This document shows, piece by piece, positions 13,219-25,949 of a stretch of DNA of 64,000 nt (positions are counted from its first letter, which is position 1; each line of letters starts with the position of its first letter). The DNA is from Podarcis bocagei. Taxonomy: Eukaryota. The stretch is taken from NCBI GenBank assembly GCA_964188305.1, contig OZ076886.1, one strand, 5' to 3'. The position numbers and the translations under genes are program-made. Under the pieces are notes generated by a model. That model saw nothing but the letters and a program-made list of their open reading frames with translations. It made no database searches and was not told the origin of the DNA.

Positions 13219-13546
13219 GTCATATCTTTTGCTTTAATGAGGCTACAATCTTCTATGTGGGAGTAAGCACCATTGAATTCACTTGGATTAACCTCTGAGT
13301 GATCATGCCTTGGGTTGTGCTGAGAAAAACACGTTCGGGTTTAAAGATTGTTCCAGACTGCGATTCCACATAAATAAGTAAAATTATTTACTGATTTGTT
13401 GAGTGTTGCTCGTGGCTGAACATATGCATATGTTATTAACGCATTTTTAGTCTCTCCTTAATGAAGGCATAGGCACATCAATATAAGCACTGAAATACAA
13501 TGCTATGCAACAAAGACCTGTTATTATAAGATTAAAAAATACCACT

Positions 13547-13924
13547 GGATAGCTCATGTGGTTAGAGCATAGTGCTGATAACCAGTGACATGCAGTGACA
13601 TTTTTCATCAGGGCCAGAGGCGCCAGCTTGCGAGGGCGATGGAGGGGGCAGGGTGACGTGTGCATGTGGCCATCACACACACACCCCAAGCTGGGCAAAA
13701 GCTTCCTGGGCTTTGGGAATGAGGCGACAGGCTTTAATATTTTAATTTACTCGGGACATTTAAGGGACTAACCTAGTTCCCCTAGTCCATTGACCGCATG
13801 CTACTGCTGATAACCATGGTTGCAGGTTCAATCCCCACATGGGACAGCTTCATATTCCTGCATTGTAGGGGGTTGGACTAGATGATCCTCAGGATCCCTT
13901 CCATTGTAGAATTGAAATCTATGA
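13547..13924 (+). mobile_element. tRNA-Ile-derived SINE with CR1-like 3' tail, interrupted by a hAT MITE
   Basis: Head GGATAGCTCA..GGTTAGAGCATAGTGCTGATAAC resumes at 13807 with ...GGTTGCAGGTTCAATCCCC. It is followed by a CR1-type tail (gggggttggactagatgatcctcaggatcccttcca). Confidence 0.75.
13583..13806. mobile_element. hAT-type MITE nested in the tRNA-derived SINE
   Basis: TIRs CAGTGACATGCAGTGA / TGACCGCATGCTACTG. Perfect 8-bp TSD CTGATAAC at 13575-13582 and 13807-13814. Confidence 0.8.
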
Positions 13925-13960
13925 ACACGAAGAAAACATGATTAGGACTACAGTACACAT

Positions 13961-14312
13961 GGGACGCAGCTGGTGCTGTGGATTAAACCACAGAGCCTAG
14001 GGCTTGCCGATCAGAAGATTGGCAGTTCGAATCCCCGCGATGGGCTGAGCTCCTATTGCTTGGTCCCAGCTCCTGCCAACCTAGCAGTCTGAAAGCATGT
14101 CAAAGTGCAAGTAGATAAATAGGTACCGCTCTGTCGGGAAGGTAAACAGCATTTCCGTGCGCTGCTCTGGTTCGCCAGAAGTGGCTTAGTCATGCTGGCC
14201 ACAGGACCCGAAAGCCGTACACCGGCTCCCTCGGCCAATAAAGCGAGCTGAGCACCGCAGCCCCAGAGTCGGTCATGACTGGACCTAATGGTCAGGGGTC
14301 CCTTTACCTTTA
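13961..14312 (+). mobile_element. Sauria SINE (Squam1), full length
   Basis: Diagnostic sequence from gggacgc...cagagcctagggcttgccgatcagaag to ...ggtcaggggtccctttaccttta. Confidence 0.92.
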
Positions 14313-14594
14313 CACTGTTGCATTACTCGTATAAACCAAATATGTTCTTCATAGAGTTGACTAGCTGTATTACAACTTAGAAACACCAAGACCCTGATCA
14401 AACAGATATGTTTTCAATTCTCAAAGGTATGGTGCCAACCATACCTCTAAGGGGGGCATTCCAAGGGGGGGGGGTCACCATGGCCACATAACTAATAACA
14501 CCTGATGGGGACACAAGGAAGGACCTCCTTTGAAGATCTCAATGCACGGGGAGATGCTGATTCAAATGTTTAGGTCCCAGGTTATGACACCTAG

Positions 14595-14672
14595 GGCCCA
14601 ATCCTGTTCATGTAGCCTCCGCTGATTGCAGTGGAGCTTACTCCCAAATAAATGTGATTAGGATTGTAGCCT
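14595..14672. mobile_element. Short palindromic MITE (possibly PIF/Harbinger-type); relatives near 13240, 15000, 18510, 18900, 37295 and 62215
   Basis: Recurrent motif of about 80 bp (caatcct...gagtaag...cttactc...aggattg) with inverted ends. Copies are diverged. Confidence 0.5.
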
Positions 14673-17039
14673 TAACTTTATGTATTTATTTCTGTCCTAC
14701 CCTACTCCCCAGGAGCTCTGGCTGATATGCAGAGTGTTGTACAATCTCATCTTCTCAGCACTTCTATGAGGTAGGCTAGACTGAAAGATAGTGGCTACCT
14801 AGTGAGCTTCTTGGGTGAGCAGGGAATTGAAGCCAACACTATAGCTATCACGCTACTCTGGCTTTTTATATCACTTTTGTGTTCTTCAGCTACTTTTCTT
14901 TTTCAAAATAGTGCAAGGAGGTATTATCCATGTTTTGCAGTTGGGGAAAATGAAGCCAAGGTTTAGTGGTTTCACTTTGTACGTGATAGTGACTCTAAAG
15001 CTGCAAGTCTATGCATGCTTATTTGAGTAAATGCTCCTGTGTGACTTATGTCTGGATAAACATGCATGAAATTGGATTGCAACCTTGCAAGCCCAAATAA
15101 TGACAAATGGTTCATTGTCAGTAACTTTAAATGAAACAGGAATTAAAAGAAAAGGAGTGTTGTTAATGTATGCCTGGTTCCAAACAATATCTTTCTACCC
15201 TTGAGAAAGAGTAGGCAGGCCCTTTTAATTTTTTTCACTATGTACTGGCTAGTTGACTGATGAAAAAATAAAGGATAAATAAAGGATAGAAATTATTCTC
15301 ACCAGCTATTTGCCCTAATTCCAATAGCTGATACATGCTGAGGTATTTTGGCCAGCAGAATTTGTAAATGTTAAAAAAGTTAGATGCCCCCATAGTGTCT
15401 ACTCTCCTTTTCTAATTGCTACTGAAATACATCAAAATGGAATAAAGGTATTTCCACTTAAACTTTTCCAATGAGAAATTTGCTGAAGTGGTCTTCCAGC
15501 AGGGCACAAAGCACATTTTGTAAATAACTGCATATTCTGCGCATTGTGAATGGATATTTAGCTGTTTTTTATAGACCATTAAAAACAAACAAACCCATAG
15601 ATCAGTTGTGTACCAACGTGAAGGTGATACAGAATTGCAGTGTGCAGAAAGTAGCAGCTCAGAAAATGCCTTTACAAATGTCTGCTAACATTTTGCTTAT
15701 TAATCTAATATTATTCTGTTTATAAAATAGAAGCTGTTTTTGTGGATGTGTTTGCTTCAGTTCTGGAACATAGAACCAGTTGTTTCTTCCTATAGATCTT
15801 TAGCAATATGAGCAGTCTCGGGGACACACATTCCCCCAAGCTATGTATGTTCTTGGCACATGTTGTACAGATGACCAAATGCTACCACAGTAATAATGGA
15901 ATACTATGTTGAAATTCTGGTGATGGGTAAACAATCCCAATGGTGGCATTATTAGATTACATATGTCAATGTTGTTAGTCTCCTCCAGTGATGCTGTTGG
16001 TTGTGTGAATTACCTAGCCTTCCCAAACTTGAATGGTTTGGTATTCCTGCATTCTTTTCAGGTAATCAGAATGTTACGTGAGTAGTTAACTCTGGTCATG
16101 TAGCAAATGGAATTTTGACTATTGAATTATGTATCTGTACTTTCTTGTAAGGAAAGCTGACTTCATGGTTTCTCCTCTTGCGGATGAAATCATATTGGAA
16201 GGCTTCACTTCAAGGTAGCATTCTGATGGAGATATCCTGAGTTTCTAAGTTGTAGCGTTCATGAAGGTAAAGCCCAGCTTTGTTACATGCAGTCATGTGC
16301 TTAGTGAACCCAAGAGAAGAGGGAAGTCTGTTATTGTTGCTTCTAGGCTCTTGTCAGTAATAGCTATTGTCTTGGAGCCTTTTCCATCAGTTTCTCAATG
16401 AATATATGTGTAGAATATATGTGAAGCTCATGTGATTCTAAGTGATGTATATAATATTTAGTGACTTCAGAAAGTCTAATATGGGGGTGGTAGTGTTTAA
16501 ATGGTTAATTGAAGATTATTTTGCCTGCAGCAAACTTGGAGGATCTATATTGACAATTACCACCAGAATTTGTATATTGCAAGTTGCATAGAGTTGGAGA
16601 GGGGTAAATGTGATGCTTATAAATGTGCAAAGAGAGGTGCTAATTTTAATACCATTATGGTGTGTTTGATAAGTTGATCAGAACTTGTGGTCTTGCTGGC
16701 TGTTTCTATTCTGTTTGACACAAAAAGGATTGGGTACCTGACAGGCTCTTTTTCTTTTCCCCATGTGGTTTTCTGTTTGAAGGTGAAGGTTTAGAGTAGG
16801 CCTGGAGGGAACCTATGCCCCTCCAGATGTTGCTGAACTGCTACTGCCATCTTCACTGACCATTCGCCATGCTTGCTGGGACTGATGTGGGCTATAGTTC
16901 AGGAACATCTGGAGAGCCACAATTTCCGCAGTCTGGTTTAGAATCCATTGCACCGGGACCTAAACTTTGGGAAAGTGCTTAATGCAATTTTGTGTTTCTC
17001 TCTCTGTGACATTTTTCTGAACTTCATATTCTATTAGGG

Positions 17040-17526
17040 ATGTCTGATAAACAAAATTCTAAAGCCAAGAAACTGGGATAGAAAAACTAGGAGCCAAATG
17101 TCTTTTGGGACATGAGTTGTGGGCGCCAAAACAGAATGTCTAGTCGCCATGGAGGGGCAGCAACACTTTTTATTTATTATTTTGATAAGCATTAACTAAT
17201 ACACAATTCACATAAATAACACATTGTTGACACATTGTTAATATCACATCTTAGCAGAAATTGTTAATACATGTTTAATTTGGTGTTTGCATTAAAAACA
17301 TTGGTACCAAACTTTAGTTTTCAAAACACTCTACTCTTTATTGTTAAACTCCTTTACATATTGCCTATCCTTAACATATACTCCGAGGCTTCAAAGCACA
17401 TACATTTCAGTAATCCTTGAGTGTCAGCCAGGCACAAAAAATGGCATCCAGACTTTTTGAGGTGCTCCCAAATGGAGAATATTTAGGGATAAAATGCGCC
17501 TAGCGCCCTGCTAATTTCGAACCCGG
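17040..17526. mobile_element. Probable non-autonomous DNA transposon remnant
   Basis: GCGCC/GGAGCC subterminal motifs at both ends, AT-rich core, right end ...gctaatttcgaacccgg. Left TIR and TSD not resolved. Confidence 0.4.
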
Positions 17527-17555
17527 CAGCCAAGGGAAGCTGCAGTTCCTATTGA

Positions 17556-17603
17556 AAGTTTGTGAATGTGTTTCTCTCTAAGTTTGTGAATGTGTTTCTC
17601 TCT
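17556..17603. repeat. Perfect 24-bp tandem duplication (AAGTTTGTGAATGTGTTTCTCTCT x2)
   Basis: Direct reading. Confidence 0.95.
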
Positions 17604-20600
17604 AATTACAATCTCTTTATAATTGTTCTCTGAATTGCGTTTTGCTCTCTCTCTGTGTAAATAGAAGAATCGCTTTAGTTTTTTATGATCAATTGTTACC
17701 AGATGGAACAGAGATGAGTTGCAAGTTTAATTCTAAAAAGATTTGACAGGTCCTGGCCACATTTGATGCTCTGAAGCACATGGAGTTTTGCTATGCTTGT
17801 GTGCGTAGGCATGTGGGTTTTTCAGTGCAAAGGTCAGTGTATAGTGTGCCTTCTTTCAGGTTGAGCAAGGCATGACTTGTGGGAGGAAGGAAGCATGTTG
17901 CCAACTGCTGCAGTTGCATCCAAATATCAGCATAATAGATCTTTGCCAGCATAAGTCGGAGCAATGTTGATCCATCTTCCATTATTTTTAACACGCACTC
18001 AGCCTCATGCACTTTTTAGCCTCGTCCTGTGTCATATCCTTTCCGCACTCCCTTCATTGACCCTCCTGTGATTTTGTTTTCTATACCGAAGTGTTAGTAT
18101 GAATGTCAGAAAACTGCACCCCTGTCGGACTTGCAAAAAAATTTTTAGACCTGCATTTAAGGTTCTTGTTGTTGTTTTAATTGCGAGCTGCTTTGAAAGT
18201 CTTCAGATGAATAAAGTGTGAAAACAAAATAATCTTCAAAGCAGCCGCGACACATCTTGAATTTAAAGCAAATAGGGTACTAAAATTAAAAAAAATCTGA
18301 AAGAAAATAGTAATAAGACCTGGGCAAATGAAAATACTTAAAGTACATAAGGGTCAACGCTAGGCAAGCCTTATTTGGGAGCGCATTCCACAGCTGAGAT
18401 GTTGTCATAGAAAGCGTATTCTTAATTTTATTAAGCATTTTTAATATCCTGACTTTCCAACAAAATATTGCTGATGGTAACTGAAAAGAAAATTTGTGCT
18501 AGTGCAAGCAATGTTTTCCTATATATGCCTACTCAGGAGTAAGTTCCACAGAGCTTGTTTCCAGGTAAGTAGGTGTAGGATAGCAGTCTAAAACACTCCA
18601 TATAAATTACACACAGAGACAGAGAGAGAGAACTGTACAAATATGTACAATTCTTTAAGTCCCTCTCCTGAAAACCTATTGATTTGATTTTCTACCAGAT
18701 AGTATTTTGTGCATCTTCTTGCCATTCCACAGATGGCAGGTGTCATCACAGAGGAGATGTTTGTCCATATCTTGTACACACAGGTACATAAAAAGTGTTA
18801 CCCCCCCCCCCAAAAAATAGAGAGGTTTAGTTACCACATGCAGATTTTATGAAGATTTGGTTGACTGATCCATTCGCACTCACACATGAATGAATTGACT
18901 AAGGCTGTACACCTGTGCACACATACCTGGGAAAAAGTCTCATTAAACAGAGTAAACATGCATAGGGTTGCATTTCTGTGCGGATTGTGCCCAGAGTTTC
19001 TTTATACCAGTTGAAATGCTGTGTTTCATCTGAGGAGTACTGGTTTGTCAACCAGGATTTATTTGGATTTGTGCACTAACACTTCAATCTTGAGTTTTCT
19101 CTACGCCAGCGTTTTCCAGCCTTTTCAGCTTGGTGATGCATGGGTTCAAATTTACCCATCAACTTATTGTCAGATGAATTTTGGAGCTTAGGTCTCTGGA
19201 AGCCAACAGTTTCATTCATTTTAACTGTAGGTTTGCCTGTTCTTGAGACATCCAAGCAAAAAAATTACTTAACATGGAATTTGTTAAAATATTTATAGTT
19301 ATTTACTATTTTGTTTATAGGAATGTAAGAGTTCCAACCACCAATTTGCAGGATATTGCTTCATAAGCTGTTTTTTAAAAAAATGAATACAGCTGCACAA
19401 GCAGTGTTAGATGTAACAAACTTCAACTCACCCTTGGTTTAACTGTTAATTAACTTGGCGGTAGATTCAGTGATGGCTCACCATGGGATCCTTGTGCAGG
19501 GAGTGTTACAGCTCGCTTCTGGTGCTCAGGTTCCAAAGGCCGTGGTGATCACTCAGGGCTCCTCCTTGTGTGAGCACTTTGTGGTGGGCCATCACTGCTA
19601 GCAGTTCCCAAGTGCTTTTTGAGCTTTTCCATCATTTTGTTACAGGTGTCAAAGCAGCCTTATGATATACCAACCGAGCAAAAGAGTTGTAAGGGGTATT
19701 AATTGTATCAGTTAAGTATTACAAGCCATAGTTATTTTGGGTTTGCTTATAAAGCATGTGACCCATTTGCGCAGGGTTTATGACCTGCAGGTTGGGAAAT
19801 GCTGTTCTAGATTATACTTGTATATCCAGTTCGTTACCAAAACAGATACAATTGTTTCAGCCTTGGGGCCTGTAAACACTTCCAGTGGAACAATCCTGTG
19901 TAATGATGCTAGGCTCCATCTTACGTCAGTGCCAGCCAGCATAGCCAATTGGGGATGGTGAGTGCTAGAGTTCCTGATGTATGCAAGCAACTTTTTTTTT
20001 GCTACTTAAAGCGTATGTGATGGGAATGTAGAACTCTCTGTATGGAGATTTTCTCCATTCTCTAGCACAGCATCAACAAGTTCTTCTGGTCTACAAAAGC
20101 CAGATACTCTCTGTTGCATATGCATGAGTATCACTTACTGGCCCATTCTATGTCAGCATACAACTGACGCCCGAAAAGACAAAGTTCGTGGGAGGACAGA
20201 TTTAGCAACAGTGGAATCTAGAACAAGAAGGTTGGGTGGCAGGAAAGCATTAAGAAGCCCAGCTCATGCTGTAGCAATGTGTGTGTGCTGTCCATTGGGA
20301 ACCTGTTGAAAACCTCTCACTCCTTGGTTCGTCTGTGAGTAATGCAATGACTGCAATAGTTTCTCATGTGTTCAAGGTGTTTCTGCTGTCCACTTCTCAT
20401 ATTCCAAAGATTTTCTGGGATAGCTAATTTAGGATGGAACCTAACCACTAAGAATAAAGACCCCCCCCCCCCAAAAAAACCCCACTTCATTTGTGAACAG
20501 GATGGACATGTGAATGCTGGCTCCATCACAAATCAGCATAGAGATTGTCTGTACCTGCAGACAAGTTTGTTTGTTTTTTTAAAAAAGGGAAATCCCGTTT

Positions 20601-21249
20601 TCTCTCCTGATGTGACTTATTATTAGCCTTCAACAAATTAATCTTGCTCCTGTGGATATTGTGGTCATGGTCATAGCTTATCCTGTCTCCAGAAAGGTAG
20701 ATTAATGATGTAAATTACATTCTTCTTCAAATGTAGTCACCCAAATGGCCAAATACCTAGAATGAAGTTGACCGTCCTTGTGACTGGGATGCTGTGGACT
20801 CTTATTGGTTATTCTGTTTTCTATATTATACTGCCCATTTCCTTGACTAGATTTTCTTTCCTTTATTATTTTAATATAATACGTATAATATATATTAAAG
20901 TGTTTAGAAGGCACTGTTCATCTAAATGAAGTGTGAGTGCAAGGATTACCACTAGCACAAGCGGAGTTTCCCTGTCTTCCCCTCTGTCATCCCCAAATCC
21001 TCTGTGGAAGGTTGGGGGGAAACTCAGAACAGATTTAAGGGGGGATGGGAGGGAGAGGAGGAGAACATTCCACCGTGTAAAGTGAAGTCCTTGCGTTGAT
21101 GGAATGTATGTTGAAAACAACCCATGAGCTTCAAAAACCAATATAAAACAAAATACATAATTCCCAATTATGCAACCAGCAGGGACAAGAATTTATAGGC
21201 ACCCAGTACACCTCACCCCTCCTCAAAAACTGGGCAAAGGGTTCTTTGA

Positions 21250-21410
21250 CAGTGGAATGGACTACCTCAAAAGGTGATGGACTCCCCTTCATTGGAGGTC
21301 TTTAGACAGAGGGTGGCTGGCCATCTGTCAGGGATTCTGTAGCTGTGATTCCTGCAATCAGCAGGTTGTACTAAATGACCCTTGGGTTCCTTCCAACCCT
21401 GCAATTTTGT
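21250..21410 (+). mobile_element. CR1 3'-end remnant (others near 2630-2700, 9060-9222, 32812-32930, 46530-46685, 52760-52852)
   Basis: ...gactccccttcattggaggtctttagacagaggg...ccttccaaccc matches the CR1 tail seen intact at 27833-28532. Confidence 0.7.
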
Positions 21411-22254
21411 TTTTCTTCCGTTACTGAAATAGAAGCAATGGCATGGTGAGGTGTTCCAAAAGTGTAAGGCTGCCACAGAGAGAGCCTCCCTGTGGGGCCC
21501 CAGACTATGATTCTCATGAGGTGTGGAGACCACCAGCAGAATATCTTCTGTAGATCTTAAAATTCAGGTAGGTTGGTATGGGAGGAGGCGTTCCTTCAGT
21601 ATTTTGGGCCTGGGTCTTTTAGGGCCTCAAAAGCCAGCATCAGCACCCTAAATTGGGCCCAGAAGGCAATAAGCAGTCAGAACAATTGTCTGAGAATTGA
21701 CATTGTATGTGAAGACCCCAAGGCAATGCCTAGGGCCCTGCACCAGTTACCAGTTCTGGACTGTTGTCAGGGTCAACCCCATGTGGACTGCTTCTGCCCC
21801 CCCACCCCGAATTGGCTACAACATCCATTCAGATTCGGCAGAGATTAATGTTCCTTGCTACTGGGGGGTGGTGCTTGTGCATTGTGTGATCAGCACGTTC
21901 AGAGACCTACACACACCACTTTTCTCAATCAGCTTCCTGTCAGCTGCTAGTGATTCTCCAGAAATAGGCACTGTACTCATGTGTCACCTGGTGAGCCAGT
22001 GACTCTGTCTCACTGCTTTGATAAGCTTTCTGCTTCATTGTCAGCTGGGCCTGAATTGTCAGGCTTTGACCTTGACCTGCTTTCAGAGTGGGTGCCCGGT
22101 GGATTAAAAGTGCCGAAAAAATATGTCATGTGCCAATGAGATAAATGCAGAGAGGCAAAGAGAGGGGGGGTGTTTCTTGTGCCATTAGTTCTTGCCATTT
22201 CCTAAAGCATTCAAAACTTCTCGAACTGCAGGAGGGTCACCAGCTGCAAGTATT

Positions 22255-22490
22255 TTTATTTATTCCTTTTCTTTGTTACATTTATATCCTACCTTTCCTC
22301 TAAGAAGCTCAAGATGGTGTTCACAGTTCTCCACCTCCACATTTTATGCTCAAAACAACCCAGTGAAGAAGCTTAGGATGAGAGGCAGTGACTGGCCCAA
22401 GGTCATCCTGTGAGCTTCGTGGCACAGTGAGGATTCGAACTCTGGTCTCCCAAGTCCTGGTCTGACACTGTAACCATTACACCACACTGG
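22255..22490 (-). mobile_element. MIR-like (CORE-SINE-type) element, near full length
   Basis: Reverse strand has a tRNA-like head (gccagtgtggtgtaatggttacagtgtcagac...gagttcgaatcctcac), the core and an AAAT-type tail. Other copies near 14680-14860 and 48255-48385. Confidence 0.75.
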
Positions 22491-23546
22491 CTTGCTGACT
22501 AAGGCAAGCATCACAGAGAATTGAATAGGCTTTTCATTTCCAGCCTCTCTTATAAGAGGTTCCCCACCCCTTGGCATTGCTCTACAATATGTTGCCCAAA
22601 TTGCCTGTAGAGTGTTTAATGCACTGCTTCCAGGGAGATGAATTTTTGGGCAAGTTATGAAAGCTACACTTCTTTTAATGAAGTGTAAATCTTCCTGTGG
22701 TTGGTCAAGGCTTAAAACACACACACACCCCAGATACATGCCAGAGCATCTGTGCAGCTGGATGCCAAACACATTTTGCTAACTTCCAAAATAGCTACTT
22801 CTTGACATACTTGCATGTAATTTCTCAGTCTGTATTTATGCATAAGATTTGTGTGAGAGTGGGGGGGGGGCAACAAGAGAGAGTGCACTCCAAGAGAGTG
22901 AAGCACAAAAGTGAAATTTGTGACAAGGCTCCAAAAATGCAATTATGTCTGGCGTGCTCTGGGATTTCTTGTTTTTGAGTTCTTCATCTTTTGCTTTGCT
23001 TATAATTGGTTGTAGCCAACAATAATGTCCCTTTTAGTTTGAGGAATTCGTTTGCGCATTGGAGCTTCCTATCTCTCCCCTTCATATTTGTTCCGGGAGT
23101 TCCCATAATCTTCCAGAGCAGATTTGTGGGGATATGCAGAGAAAGGAGAGGGAGGGGAAGTTCTGTTGTGGAGGTGCAAGTCCTAATGCAGAAGTGAGGA
23201 ACCTTTGTGACCAGATCTTTATATTCTCCATCCCCATGGGAGTAGCTAGGATTTTCTGACTATTTCTATTTTTAGTTAAGTAGAAACTGCTTAGCTAAAC
23301 TACTCCCGCTATGCCCCTGTCCACCCCTATGGGCCAGTGTTGACAGCAGGAGGGGCCACCATGTATCTGCTTGCCCTCCTGCAAACTGTATGGGCTTCAG
23401 TCAAACCTGGACTACCTGTGACCCACTAGGCCAAATGCAGCTGACCAGCCATGTTATGGAGGCTCAATCAACCTGCCGTTGCCCAGGGCTGTAAAAACTG
23501 GAAAGTTGACAATGATGTGGCAAAGCTGGTGGGCTACCTTACTAGA

Positions 23547-23731
23547 AGGGCTGTAGCTCAGTAGTAGAGCATCTGCTTTGCATGCAGTTGGTCCCATGTT
23601 CAATCCTGGGGTGTTGAGGTAGGACTGGGAGAGAGCCCTGCCTGAAACCCTGGAGAACCACTGCTAGTCATGGAGAAAATACTGAGCTAGATGGATCAAT
23701 AATCGGACTTGGGATAAGGCAGTTTCCTGTG
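23547..23731 (+). mobile_element. Squam3-type tRNA-derived SINE (other copies near 35700-35880 +, 37830-37999 -, 43915-44060 +, 45501-45655 +, 52270-52550 +)
   Basis: gggctgtagctcagtagtagagcatctgctttgcatgcag...cctgcctgaaaccctggagaaccactgc...aatactgagctagatgga...aaggcagtttcct. Confidence 0.82.
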
Positions 23732-25626
23732 CCCAGCTTGGTATGTCCCCAGTTATGGGATCCTGGCCTAAAGAGACCTTTGCTCTTTTTCCAAGGACCC
23801 TCGTCGTTCTCTTCCTAGTCGCATGTGTCCTCTTTCCCCACCCCATCAAGCTCTGGGCCACCGCAGAGACAATGGCGCTACATGTGCAAACTAAGGTCAA
23901 ACATAAGGGAAATGTATTGGAAGAAGGATTTTTCTTCTCCTGTTCCAGTTCTCCCCATTCCTCCGAAACATTCCCTTGGAAGTCTTTCTTGTAAAATACG
24001 TGGTGGTTTCCTTCAGGGGAAACTCCCTACATTAATTCATGGCAAATGAGAAGTTTGGAAACCAAAGGCGTTTAACAGCAGCCTGGAGTCATTCAACCCC
24101 TGTGCACTGCCTTAAATCATCATGCGTTCTTGTGGCTTTTGCGTGGGGGGGGGGGACACGTCTGTGTTTTTGTATAGAGGGAAAGAAAGAGATCTTAAAT
24201 ATATCGTTGTGACCATTGCGTGAGGGAAATGCTGTCCCCCGTCCTGGCTTTTGCACAGCTGATAGATAAATATAATTTGTTAATGAGTCGTTGATGTCTG
24301 AAAAAGTGATTTTGGAATTGGAATGTAGCCTACGAAGACAGAAGTCTGAGCAAGGAGAGGGGTGTGTCCCAGGGACATGTTGTCGCTTTTGTGAAAATTG
24401 GGGCATCCCTAAATATGAGTATTGTCTACCCAGGTACTCGTGTGTTTGTAAATCTGCTGATAGCATGAAAAACACCCTCGTCATAAAAAATGGCCCTTAC
24501 AGAAACTACCTCTGAAGTATTTCCTACCACTTAGTGGAAGGATGAGATAATATATTTGCTCAGAGCTTGCGGGGGGGGGGGGTGTCGCATGACCTTGAAC
24601 AGTGCAGGGAGAATGCTTAACAGTTGTTGTGTCTCTGCGTTTTCACGTGCAAGCAATTTTCATTGAACAGAATCTAACAGAAAGAACTGGGACTCGTGCG
24701 CACATGAGTTTAGAGACAGGCGCAACTCAGTTTTGTAACTGGGTGCCCAGATCATAAATAAATAGGAGTTACTCAGTTTTTACTTGGTGTGTCAGGAAAA
24801 CTGTTAGTATCATGAGAAATGGAAACTTCCTTGAAAGAGCCATGCTCAGATGGAAAACATTTATGACAATGTTTTCTCACCTAGCTTTTTAAGAACCTTC
24901 CTTTGTGGGAAGAAAAAACCCCCATGTTCCTAACCATCAGGCATTTAATTGCTGTTCTGGTCCTGAATTATGCCAGGTTTCAACCCTTGGCTGGAAAATC
25001 CCCAGCATTCCTGACAGGCAGGTTATGTAAACTGGGAAACACCTCCAGAGATGAGACCTTGCAGGCTTTTGTTGTGCAGTAGCGGTTGCCTGCTCTGTCG
25101 CCTTCTTGCAGCTGGAGGGTGCCATCTGTCTGTCATTTCTTTGACACAGGTTGTGTGGCAAAGCATTTTCTGCAAGTTGGTTGCCTTTGAAGGACAAAAA
25201 GGATGGTTTTGTGCTAAGAAGACAGACCTATAGTGATTGAGAACTCTAGACCTAAATACTGGCGTGGTGCCTGAGGAGTTGCTGCTGCTGTTATCACCTT
25301 CCCCCCTTCCCCTTTTGCCTCCCTCCCTCCCCCTTTTGCTTTCATCTTCTCTAATTTGGGGTACCTCTGAGACCCCTTCCTGGAGTGAAGCTATGTGACT
25401 GAGCTGGCTATGGAGAAAACCTGCATTACTGCCATGTTTCCTGATTGATGGCAAATCACTCTGATACCTCACTCTGTTTTAAAGGACCCCTTCCTCTGAG
25501 TGAGGACTGGTGGACTGGGACAACCCTGTTAGGAACAACAAGTTAGCTGAATCCTGCCTCTGGAGGTATTGGCAAATTTGAGTTCCTTGAGTCCTGTCAG
25601 GGGAAAAGGCAGGGTATAACTAAATA

Positions 25627-25949
25627 CAGCTGACTCCCCATTTATGTGGGGGTTACGTTCCAGACCTCTGCATGCATCAGTGAAACCGTGTGAAATGGGG
25701 AGTCGCTTGTATCAGCTCAGCTAACGCATGGGGGGAAAGCATGTGCAGAAGTACGGCTTGCACAGCTGAGGTCTGGGGAAGCAGCTGCTGCCATGCCACA
25801 TTCTCTTTGGGCTCCAGGGAGGGTCTCCTTGCATGTCAGGAGGACTCTCCAGGGTGCTCCCTGTTTTTGGGATCCACTTCTGGGTTCCTGGCACCAGGCA
25901 TGTGTGTGGTTGTACACTCAAAGAGGGTGTGTAAATAGGAAGTCGCCTG
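25627..25949. mobile_element. Tc1/mariner (Tigger/pogo-like) MITE, diverged
   Basis: ta-CAGCTGACTCCCCATTTA ... TAAATAGGAAGTCGCCTG inverted ends. Confidence 0.55.

Noticed and set aside
13547-13835. tRNA-Ile(GAT) gene with an apparent intron
   Set aside because: The insert has TIRs and an 8-bp TSD, the acceptor stem is degenerate, and the sequence runs into a CR1-type tail. It is a SINE, not a tRNA gene.
18561-18570. Perfect splice donor CAG|GTAAGT in intron 1
   Set aside because: Part of the recurrent short palindromic MITE sequence.
23547-23610. tRNA-like A/B boxes
   Set aside because: Head of a multi-copy Squam3-type SINE.
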